Source of the DNA: Actinomycetota bacterium
Lineage (GTDB): Bacteria; Actinomycetota; UBA4738; HRBIN12
Assembly (NCBI GenBank): GCA_036556805.1
Contig: DATBIS010000132.1
Location: 1-61,519, forward strand
DNA length: 61,519 nucleotides
Direction: 5' to 3'
Of the stretch, positions 20,967 through 28,357 are shown in pieces. The first letter of the stretch is position 1, and each line of letters opens with the position of its first letter. The notes under the pieces were generated by a model. The model ran no database searches. It saw only the letters and a program-made list of their open reading frames with translations, and was not told the DNA's origin. The position numbers and the translations under genes were made by a program.

Positions 20967-21066
20967 AGCAAGCCCAATCGTCGGCGCCCGTTCATCCGAC
21001 GGTCATCGCCCCGTCACCGGCCGCCCCTAGGTTGAGCTCGCCGAGAGGTCGCGCCCCCTCTTCGGT

Positions 21067-21103
21067 GCGGGGAGCCGGTTCGCCGACTCCCCGCCCCCCT
21101 TTT
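21067..21103 (+). terminator. Intrinsic terminator after moaA
   Basis: GCGGGGAG-C-CGG-UUCG-CCG-A-CUCCCCGC followed by CCCCCUUUU. The structure abuts the stop codon of the convergent peptidase gene. Confidence 0.55.
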
Positions 21104-23052
21104 CAGGGCAGGTTGTGGATCTCGACCGGCTCGATCGGGTCGCCGAGCTCGACGCCGAAGATCCTGGCGTAGAACGAGAGCTCGGCCTCGAGCGATCGCT
21201 TGATGTGCTCGGCCTTGCGGAAGCCGTGCTGCTCGCCCTCGAACAGCAAGTACGCGTACGGCAGCCCCTTGCGCTCGAGAGCCTCGACCATCATCTCGGC
21301 CTGTGCGGGCGGCACGACCTCGTCCTCGGAGCCTTGCAGGATGATCATCGGGCACGAGATCCGGTCGACGAAGTGGATCGGCGACCTGGCTCGGTAGACG
21401 TCGAGCGCGTCGGGGTACGGTCCGACGAGCCGGTCGCCGTACCTCGACTCGAACTTGTGCGTGGCGTGGAACAAGGCCTCGAGGTCGGCGATCCCGAAGA
21501 GGCTCGCGCCGGCCGCGAACGTGTCGTGGAACGTGAGGGCGCACAGGGTCGCGTAGCCGCCCGCGCTCCCGCCTCGGATCGCCATCCGCGCGCCGTCCAC
21601 GAGGCCCTCGGCTGCGAGGTGCTTCGCCACGTTCACGCAGTCGATCGTGTCGACGACCCCCCAACCGCCTTCCAGCTGGCGCCGGTAGGCGCGGCCGTAC
21701 CCGGTGCTCCCTCGGTAGTTCACGTCGGCGACCGCGAACCCGCGGCTGGTGAAGTACTGGATCCCGAGGTCGAAGTTCGCCACCGACTCGCCGGTGGGCC
21801 CGCCGTGCGTCGCCACGATCAAGGGAGGGAGCTCGTCCACCCGACCCTCGAAGGCCGGGTTCGTGGGGGGATAGAACAGCGCGTGGGCGGTCTGCCCGTC
21901 GCCGGTCGGGTACTCGAGCGCGCGTGGAATCGAGATGTACGCCGGGTCGAACGTGACCGTCCGACCCTCGCGGAGGACCTCGATCGACGCCGCCGCGAAG
22001 TCGACGACGACGACCTGGTGAGGGATGGAGGGACCCCCCGCGACCAGGCTCACGCGCGTTCCCTCCGCCGAGAGCGTCGGCCACGCGACCACCGTGTACG
22101 GCACGTCGAGGTCGACCAGCTCGCCGGACCCGGGATCGAGCACCGCGAGCTGTTGGAGCCCGTCGCGGCCGTACACGCACGCGATCCGCCCGTCGTCGAG
22201 GAACGCGAAGGAGGAGAGGCCGAACTCCCAGAGCGGCCCGCCGAATTCGGCCTCCATCGGATGCAGTGCCTCGGTTGCGCCGTCGCGCTCGCGATAGAGG
22301 TTCCACCAGCCGGTGCGGTCCGAGACGAAATGGAGCTCGCCGCCCGGACCCCATTCCGGCTGGATGATCGACTCCTCACGACCGCCGGCCACCTGCCGCT
22401 CGTTCGCGAGCGAGCCGTCCCCACCGAGGTCGGCGACCCACAGCTCCGTCCCGTCCCAAGGCATCTCGGGGTGGTCCCAGCTGATCCACGCGAGGTGCGT
22501 TCCGTCCGGCGAGGGTCGGGGGTAGGCGTAGAAGTCGTGTCCCGAAGCGATCGTCCGGACGCCGCCGGAGCCGTCGGGTGCCATCGCGACGAGCTCGTTC
22601 ACCACCTCCGCGGAGGACGAACCCTCGTGTCGTTCGCGCACGCAGATCACGAGCCGCCCGTCCGGCGTCACCCGGCCGTCGGCGTACCGGTGGCGCCCCC
22701 CGCTCTCCTCGGTGATCGGCGCTGGTTCGGCTCCGATCTCCTGGCGATACAGCCGTTGGTCCTCGAAGTTCGCGAAGAACACCGTGGCGCCGTGCAGCCA
22801 GTACGCCCCGCCGCCGTACTCATGCACCTTCGTGCGCACGTCGAAGCCTTCCGGCGTGACGTCGCGAGGGTCTTCGCCGGGGTCGGCGCGCACGACCACC
22901 GAGCGGCCGTCCTCGGTCGGCCGGAACTCGAGCCAGTACGCCGCGCCGCCCTCCAGCCGCGTGGCGTCCAGCCCGACGCCGGTCGTCGCGAACATGTCCG
23001 CCGAGATCGGCGAGGACCACGACCCGTACGGCGACGTCGTCCGGTCGCTCAA
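21103..23052 (-). CDS. S9 prolyl-oligopeptidase-family serine peptidase (beta-propeller plus alpha/beta hydrolase)
   Basis: N-terminal SPYGSWSSPISAD, catalytic GGSAGGYATL, and C-terminal acid/His regions. The apparent start is TTG, overlapping the upstream TGA (cTTGAgc). Confidence 0.85.
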   Translation of the reverse strand: MSDRTTSPYGSWSSPISADMFATTGVGLDATRLEGGAAYWLEFRPTEDGRSVVVRADPGEDPRDVTPEGFDVRTKVHEYGGGAYWLHGATVFFANFEDQRLYRQEIGAEPAPITEESGGRHRYADGRVTPDGRLVICVRERHEGSSSAEVVNELVAMAPDGSGGVRTIASGHDFYAYPRPSPDGTHLAWISWDHPEMPWDGTELWVADLGGDGSLANERQVAGGREESIIQPEWGPGGELHFVSDRTGWWNLYRERDGATEALHPMEAEFGGPLWEFGLSSFAFLDDGRIACVYGRDGLQQLAVLDPGSGELVDLDVPYTVVAWPTLSAEGTRVSLVAGGPSIPHQVVVVDFAAASIEVLREGRTVTFDPAYISIPRALEYPTGDGQTAHALFYPPTNPAFEGRVDELPPLIVATHGGPTGESVANFDLGIQYFTSRGFAVADVNYRGSTGYGRAYRRQLEGGWGVVDTIDCVNVAKHLAAEGLVDGARMAIRGGSAGGYATLCALTFHDTFAAGASLFGIADLEALFHATHKFESRYGDRLVGPYPDALDVYRARSPIHFVDRISCPMIILQGSEDEVVPPAQAEMMVEALERKGLPYAYLLFEGEQHGFRKAEHIKRSLEAELSFYARIFGVELGDPIEPVEIHNLP

Positions 23053-23921
23053 GGAGCCCGGCCCACCACGACCCTGGTCACCTGGAGGTCCCCGCCCTTC
23101 GTGCTGCGAACGTCCCGGAACCCGCCTCGGTGATAGATGGCCTTGACCTCGCGGGAGCGGTCGGGGCTCACCTCCATCAACAGCCAGCCGCCGGAGCGGA
23201 GCCAGGCCGGCGCCTCGGCTACCGCGCGTTGCACCAATCCCATGCCGTCGACGCTGTGGTCGGTGAGCGTGTGCGCCGGCTCCCAGGCGCGGATCTCGTC
23301 GGGAAGATGGCGAACCTCGCCGCGAGGGACGTACGGCGGGTGCAAGGTGACGACGTCGACGGTCGCAAGCAGTCGCCGCGGCACGCCGTCGAAGAGGTCG
23401 CCCGCGGCGAACGAGGCGCGGAGCCCCAGCCGCCTGGCGTTCGCGCGCGCGAGCCGCACCGCCTCGTCGGACACGTCGGCGCCGACCACCTCGGCCTTCG
23501 GGACCTCGTGCGCGATCGCGAGCGCGATCGTGCCTCCGCCGGTGGCGAGGTCGAGCGCGACCGGCCGGCGCCGACCCCGGAGCCGGCGCACGGCCTGCTC
23601 GGCGAGGAACTCCGACGAGTCGCGGGGCACGAACACGCCCGGCTTCGCGATGAGCTCGATGCCGCGGAACTCCGCGTAGCCCTTGATGAACGGCACCGGC
23701 TCACCGGTGGCGCGCCGGACGATCATCGCCTCGAAGCGCCGGCGTGCGCGCGCCGGGATCTCGTCGTCGGGATCGGGTTCCTCGCCCCCCATGACGTACA
23801 TGAGCAGGTCCTCGGCCTCGATCAGGTCGCGATCCTTCTGCCAGTGGTCGATGGCATCGGAGGATTCGAGGACCTCCACGGCCCGTTGGATCAGCTCGGA
23901 GGCGCGCATGCGGAGACGCAT
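23049..23921 (-). CDS. HemK/PrmC-related SAM-dependent methyltransferase
   Basis: LDLATGGGTIALAIA is the SAM motif I. The substrate motif reads HPPYV where PrmC/PrmB have NPPY. The start is ATG 23921 or 23909. Confidence 0.75.
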   Translation of the reverse strand: MRLRMRASELIQRAVEVLESSDAIDHWQKDRDLIEAEDLLMYVMGGEEPDPDDEIPARARRRFEAMIVRRATGEPVPFIKGYAEFRGIELIAKPGVFVPRDSSEFLAEQAVRRLRGRRRPVALDLATGGGTIALAIAHEVPKAEVVGADVSDEAVRLARANARRLGLRASFAAGDLFDGVPRRLLATVDVVTLHPPYVPRGEVRHLPDEIRAWEPAHTLTDHSVDGMGLVQRAVAEAPAWLRSGGWLLMEVSPDRSREVKAIYHRGGFRDVRSTKGGDLQVTRVVVGRAP

Positions 23922-23957
23922 GGTACTCGTCGGCGGGTCGTTACACTCGGTTCGGCG

Positions 23958-24371
23958 ATGGCCCAGACGAAGGGAATCTCGAAGAGCCGCGGCGACGGCG
24001 AGGGGTCGACGCCGGCCGCGCGAAGACCGCGACGTCCGCGCGCGCGCACGAGCGGCATCGCGGAGCTCCGGCTCACCGGGGACCGGCTGATCGTACGGAC
24101 CCCGGGCAACGGCGAGCGCAAGTCGGCGGGCGGTCTCCTGATCCCGGCGACCGCGGTGCCCGCGCCGAGGCGCCTCCAGTGGGGGAACGTCACGCTCGTG
24201 GGCCCCGACGTGCGCGTGGCGAAGACCGGCGACCAGGTGCTGTTCCTGCCGCAGTCCGGTCTCGAGGTCGAGCTCGAAGGCGAGGAGCTCGTGCTGCTGC
24301 GCGAGCGCGACGTCCAAGCGGTGCAGTCGCCGAAGGGCGACGACCGGCCGGCCGGCGGCCAGTATCTCTGA
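23958..24371 (+). CDS. GroES/Cpn10-family protein with an Arg-rich N-terminal extension
   Basis: LRLTGDRLIVRTPGNGERKSAGGLLIPATA...VGPDVRVAKTGDQVLFLPQSGLEVELEGEELVLLRERDVQAV aligns by eye to GroES, including the KSAGG mobile loop. A 35-aa basic leader, MAQTKGISKSRGDGEGSTPAARRPRRPRARTSG, precedes it. Confidence 0.65.
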   Translation: MAQTKGISKSRGDGEGSTPAARRPRRPRARTSGIAELRLTGDRLIVRTPGNGERKSAGGLLIPATAVPAPRRLQWGNVTLVGPDVRVAKTGDQVLFLPQSGLEVELEGEELVLLRERDVQAVQSPKGDDRPAGGQYL

Positions 24372-24380
24372 GCCGGGGTC

Positions 24381-24785
24381 TCACCCGGGCAGGAACGACA
24401 GCCGAACCGTCCTGCGGTCGTTCTCGCGGTTCGGGTCGACCACCACGACGCTCTGCCAGGTGCCGAACGCGAGGCGGCCCGCCACGACGGGGAGCACGAG
24501 CGACGGCGAGACGAGCACGGGCAGCAGGTGGTCGCCGCCGTGGCCGGTCGACCCGTGCGCGTGCGCATAGCGATCGTCCCGCGGCAGGACGCGTTCCAAG
24601 AGCTCCTCGAGGTCCGATTCGGAGCCCGATCCCGTCTCCATCAACGCGAGGCCGGCCGTCGCGTGCGGCAGGAACACGTGCAGCAGCCCGTCGCCGCCCG
24701 CCTCGGCCACGAACGCCGCCACCTCGCCGGTGAGGTCGACCACGCGGCGGCCGCGCGTGTCGAGATGGAGCTCGGCCGTGCGCAC
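24381..24785 (-). CDS. yjbQ: YjbQ/UPF0047 family protein (secondary thiamine-phosphate synthase family)
   Basis: LHVFLPHATAGLALMETGSGSESDLEELLERVLP...HGGDHLLPVLVSPSLVLPVVAGRLAFGTWQSVVVVD is a hallmark of the family. Confidence 0.85.
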   Translation of the reverse strand: MRTAELHLDTRGRRVVDLTGEVAAFVAEAGGDGLLHVFLPHATAGLALMETGSGSESDLEELLERVLPRDDRYAHAHGSTGHGGDHLLPVLVSPSLVLPVVAGRLAFGTWQSVVVVDPNRENDRRTVRLSFLPG

Positions 24786-24787
24786 GA

Positions 24788-25780
24788 TCAGGCCACCGAT
24801 CCCTCGACGAGGATCTCAGTGTGCACGTCCTCGACGAACGAGCCGAACGCGAGCGACCAGGCGTGGGCGGGCCACCGCAGGGTGAGCAGCCCGTCGAGCG
24901 GCCGGTAGACGGCGGTGTACAGCGTGCCGAACCCGCTCTCGTACGCGGCCGAGAACAGCGGCGGCTGGAGGAACGCGTCGGCGAACGAAGTGGGCTAGAC
25001 GTCCGGATCCTCGAGCAGCTCGAGGATCCGGCGTTCGCGTTCGATCGTGCGCGTGGCCCGCGCCTGCTCCGGCCACTCGACCACGCCTTGGTGGTTCGTC
25101 GCCGCGGGGAGGGAGTGGAAGATCGGGTCCCGGTCGGGTGAGAGGTACGCGGTGAGCACCTCACCCGTCGCGTCGACGAGGGTGAGGTTGTGCGTGAGCG
25201 AGTACGGCAGCCTCGCGAGCTTCTCCCGAGCATCCCCGACCGTCGTGCACGTCTCGAGGAGGTAGCGCACCACGATCGGGATGCCGAAACCGTCGCCGAG
25301 GACCTGGCGCCCGCCGAACGTGAGCGACACCGCGAGCCCGTCCTCGTTCATCCCGTCCAGCAGGCCCCACAGGCAATCGCTCATGCCGATCACGCGGCGG
25401 AGGATCCGCGTCGACCACACGATGCCCTCCATCCTCGACGGCGAGTAGTCGTAGTTCCGGACGAGCTGCGTTCCGCCATCGCGCGTCCACACCCCTTGGG
25501 AGCAGGCGGCGAGATACGGAGGCGGCGTGTAAAGCGAGAGCATGCGCGCGGCGAGGTCCCCGCCGCCCGCGAGCTCGACGACGCGGTCGTATGCCGGCGC
25601 GAGCTCCGGCATGTGCTCGCGGATCATGCGCGCGCCGGTCGCGTAGGTGGGACGAGCCTCCTCGCCCTCTCGCAGGAACCAGGTGCGGTAGTGCGGCCAG
25701 CGCTCCTCGAAGACGGCCTGCCACTTCGGCCCGAGCTCGAGCTCCTCGATCGACCGGAAGTCGAAGGCGATCTCCTGCAT
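24788..25780 (-). pseudogene. C45/Ntn-hydrolase-family acyltransferase/hydrolase interrupted by an in-frame TAG (24995-24997)
   Basis: The ORF-track product is 24995..25780 (MQEIAFDF...AACSQGVW...LVRNYDYSP...). The same frame continues after the TAG for 68 more sense codons (PTSFADAFLQPPLFSAAYESGFGTLYTAVYRPLDGLLTLRWPAHAWSLAFGSFVEDVHTEILVEGSVA) with near-uniform G/C third positions. It ends at TGA 24788-24790, 2 nt before the yjbQ GTG. Confidence 0.6.
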
Positions 25781-27234
25781 CAGAGCATCTTGAAGCCGAA
25801 GGGCTCCGGCTTCGCGATCGGCGCCTCCCCGCCGGGGGGAACGCTCCGGAACTGCGCCTTGATGCCGGTGATCCACGAGCGCGCGCGATCGAGGAGCTCG
25901 TGTTGCTCGCTCATGAACCGGCCGCGTGTCACGAGGATCCCGAGGTCGGCGCCGGGATACCGGTAGTGCCCGGCGCCCGCGATGCGCAGGTAGAAGGCCT
26001 CGGACGGGGACGACACCGTGTGCCAATCGGTGTCCCGGCGCGCGAACGAGATCCCGCCCCCGGCCTCCCGCCAGATTCCCGATGACGGCGCCTCGGTGAT
26101 GAGCTCCACGGCGTCCTCGGTTTGCTTCAGGATGAACTGGGTCCACTCGTCGAGGCTCTGGCTCCTCGCCCAACGCTCGTTCAGCTCGTTCACGTCGATC
26201 TCGTACTCGACGTCGAGGAACTCGAGCAGGTGGACCAGGAACAGCGGCATGTCGCCGTACGCGACGGCCGTGACGTTCGTGATGCTGCTCGCGCCCGTCA
26301 CGCGCGGGTTGAGCTCGCCCAGCCAGATCTCGCCGGTGTCGGCGTCGAGCAGGAAGTCGAGCTCGAAGTACCCGCGATACCCCTCGGCCCGCAGACGCTC
26401 GCCCATCGCGACCGTCCGCTCGCGAGCGAGCGCCCGCTGGTGCTCGGTGAGCACGTTCGGCGACACGTCGTTGCCGCACCAGCCGCCGTCATACGGCGTG
26501 AGCTCGGGAAAGCCGGTGAGCTCCGCCATGAGCGGTCCCACGAGGGTTCCGTGGCGAGTGATCACTCCTTCGATCGCGAGCTCGCGGGGCTCGATGCGCT
26601 TCATGACCTTGATCGGCTCGCCCTGGATCTTGCGCCGGTGCTGCTTCCAGTCGTCCTCGCGCGCCAGGAAGAACGTCGTCTGGCCCGAGTCGCCGTACGG
26701 CGTCTGCACGACGAGGTCCTCGCCGAGGCCCGCGGAGCCCGCGAGCTGCAGCAGCTCGCCGTACGTCGTGCCGGTTCCCATCACGTTCGGCACGGAGGGG
26801 ACGCCCGCCTCGTTCCCGAGCCGCGTCGTCTCGATCTTCGAGTCGAGGCGATGGCGAAGCGCCGACGAGGGGAACGCGACGTCCAAGTGCAGCTCCCGCG
26901 CGAGCTCCTCGGTCTCCTCGTCGAACATGAGGAACACGACCTTCCCGGCCCCGCGCTCGGCCACGTGATCGACGACCTCCTTGTGCGCGAGCAGGTAGTT
27001 GCAGATCTCCTCGATCGACGAGAACTCCCGCGGGCTCTGCTCCTTCGGGACGAACACGCTCGGATGGGTGCCGTCGAACGAGTCGTAGTAGTTCACGAAC
27101 CCGAAGTTGCGAACCCAGCGGTCGATCCCCAGCAGGTTGAACGCGGTGGCGCTCACGAAGTACACGGGGGTCTCGTTCGTGCGGAAGAAGGAACGGATCT
27201 CGGCGATCCCGCGCAACGGCTCCGATCGGCTCAC
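25780..27234 (-). CDS. ATP-grasp ligase with an N-terminal pre-ATP-grasp domain (PGM1-like carboxylate-amine/peptide ligase family)
   Basis: LVVQTPYGDSGQTTFF, KVMKRIEPRELAIEGV, GYRGYFELDFLLDADTGEIWLGELNPRVTGAS. The TGA overlaps the ATG of the next gene (cTGATGc). The start is uncertain: GTG 27234, TTG 27216 or ATG 27414. Confidence 0.75.
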   Translation of the reverse strand: MSRSEPLRGIAEIRSFFRTNETPVYFVSATAFNLLGIDRWVRNFGFVNYYDSFDGTHPSVFVPKEQSPREFSSIEEICNYLLAHKEVVDHVAERGAGKVVFLMFDEETEELARELHLDVAFPSSALRHRLDSKIETTRLGNEAGVPSVPNVMGTGTTYGELLQLAGSAGLGEDLVVQTPYGDSGQTTFFLAREDDWKQHRRKIQGEPIKVMKRIEPRELAIEGVITRHGTLVGPLMAELTGFPELTPYDGGWCGNDVSPNVLTEHQRALARERTVAMGERLRAEGYRGYFELDFLLDADTGEIWLGELNPRVTGASSITNVTAVAYGDMPLFLVHLLEFLDVEYEIDVNELNERWARSQSLDEWTQFILKQTEDAVELITEAPSSGIWREAGGGISFARRDTDWHTVSSPSEAFYLRIAGAGHYRYPGADLGILVTRGRFMSEQHELLDRARSWITGIKAQFRSVPPGGEAPIAKPEPFGFKML

Positions 27235-27417
27235 GTCCCCGTGCCGCCGATCACACGCGCGAGAGGCCGCACCAATCCTTGATGAACAGGCCGGATACCT
27301 GCGCCGTCTGCACCATGGACGGAAGGTACACCCGGGAGCCGGCTCGCCGGCGTCGTCCGCGTGCGTGAACGTCGAACGGCGGCTCCATCTGGCCGGCGAG
27401 CGTACCCGGGGCATCGG

Positions 27418-27446
27418 TTGACCGCTAGTGTGTAATGCTGTAATCT
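27418..27446 (+). promoter_or_regulatory. Near-consensus SigA-type promoter that would produce a leaderless mRNA for 27454..27978
   Basis: TTGACC (27418-27423), a 17-nt spacer, then TAATCT (27441-27446). The ATG at 27454 lies 8 nt after the -10 box. This is a local AT-rich island with a direct repeat, tgtaatgc/tgtaatct, in the spacer. Confidence 0.5.
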
Positions 27447-27453
27447 TCGTTAC

Positions 27454-27978
27454 ATGACGAATGACATGAACACCTCATCCGAAGAGATCCAGGGGTGGTT
27501 CGCCGGCCGTCTCCCCGACGGTTGGTTCACCCAGGCGCCCGAGATCACGGTCGATCGCGAGGAGATCCTCGTCGTGGGAACCCTCGCCGAGCCGGAGCTC
27601 GCACAGGACGCCTCCGACGACACACGCTCCGCCGCGCTCGCCTCCCGCATCCAGGGCTTCCGGGAGGACACCCGCGGCCAGCGCATGCGGATCGCCGACG
27701 AGGCGCAGCACCGGTTCCGCCGGCACGTCTCGTGGGGGGCCGCGTGCGCCGACCAGCGTCAGCTGTTCACGACGGTGGCCGTGCCCGCGATGACCAGGTT
27801 GCGGATGCCGGAGCGGCGCGTCCTCGACACGCTCATCGAGGCCGGCGTGGCGCGGTCCCGGAGCCACGCGCTCGCGTGGTGCGTGCGTCTCGTCGAGAAG
27901 AACCAGGACGAATGGCTGAAGGACCTCCGCGAAGCGCTCGAGCATGTCGAGCGGGCACGCGAGGAAGGACCGCAGTAA
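27454..27978 (+). CDS. Hypothetical protein with a C-terminal ribbon-helix-helix-like DNA-binding segment
   Basis: MTNDMNTSSEEIQGWFAGRLPDGWF... The C-terminal MTRLRMPERRVLDTLIEAGVARSRSHALAWCVRLVEKNQDEW has a strand-helix-helix pattern like CopG/Arc. Confidence 0.6.
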   Translation: MTNDMNTSSEEIQGWFAGRLPDGWFTQAPEITVDREEILVVGTLAEPELAQDASDDTRSAALASRIQGFREDTRGQRMRIADEAQHRFRRHVSWGAACADQRQLFTTVAVPAMTRLRMPERRVLDTLIEAGVARSRSHALAWCVRLVEKNQDEWLKDLREALEHVERAREEGPQ

Positions 27979-28000
27979 CGGAGCGCGGCGCTCGCCGCGA

Positions 28001-28198
28001 TTACTCGGCGGCGAGTCCCATGCGGTAGAGGTGCCGGTCGCGCGCGCGGTCGTACAGGACGACCTCCTCGACGCCCATGTCCGCGAGGTCCTGCCACGAG
28101 CCGCCGATCCATTCCTCCGCGGCCTCGGTGTCGTCGAACGCCGGCGAGCGGCCGAGCTCGGCCCCCGCCCCGTCCAGATACGCCCAATCGAACATCAC
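28001..28198 (-). CDS. Small acidic hypothetical protein (65 aa)
   Basis: GTG start with GGAGAGAGG upstream. High GC3. MMFDWAYLDGAGAELGRSPAFDDTEAAEEWIGGSWQDLADMGVEEVVLYDRARDRHLYRMGLAAE. Confidence 0.5.
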   Translation of the reverse strand: MMFDWAYLDGAGAELGRSPAFDDTEAAEEWIGGSWQDLADMGVEEVVLYDRARDRHLYRMGLAAE

Positions 28199-28357
28199 GC
28201 GTCCCGCCTCTCTCCGATCGTGAGGGTACCTCCCCTACCTCGCGGGGCGTAGGACCTTCACCCCTGGAGTTTCGGCACCGGCCTCGGCTACCGTGAGTCG
28301 ATCGTTCGGCCCCTTCGCCCGCTCAAGGATCACCGGCCCGATGCCGACCCCCTCCCT

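Noticed and set aside
24190-25233. A 347-aa minus-strand ORF covering the YjbQ and C45-tail region.
   Set aside because: It is Arg/Pro-rich nonsense in a different frame from yjbQ and from the C45 frame. It does not explain the coding-like signal after the TAG.
27235-27414. A 60-codon in-frame N-terminal extension of the ATP-grasp ORF (MPRVRSPARWSRRSTF...), considered as the true start or as a precursor-peptide gene for a PGM1-like ligase.
   Set aside because: It is Arg-rich and low-complexity, and third-position GC falls in its second half. It would run to within 4 nt of the divergent promoter's -35 box. No separate small ORF with its own SD was found. It is kept only as an alternative start.
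28199-28357. A possible c-di-AMP (ydaO-type) riboswitch in the 159-nt divergent region upstream of the NlpC/P60 gene, since such riboswitches often precede actinobacterial cell-wall hydrolase genes.
   Set aside because: On the plus strand I find none of the conserved blocks. On the minus strand there are loose similarities (GCCGAAC, ACGGUAGCC, GGGGUGAAGG), but the conserved 3' ACAGCUAAC-type block is absent and that strand leads to the 65-aa gene instead. An Infernal search with RF00379 would settle it.
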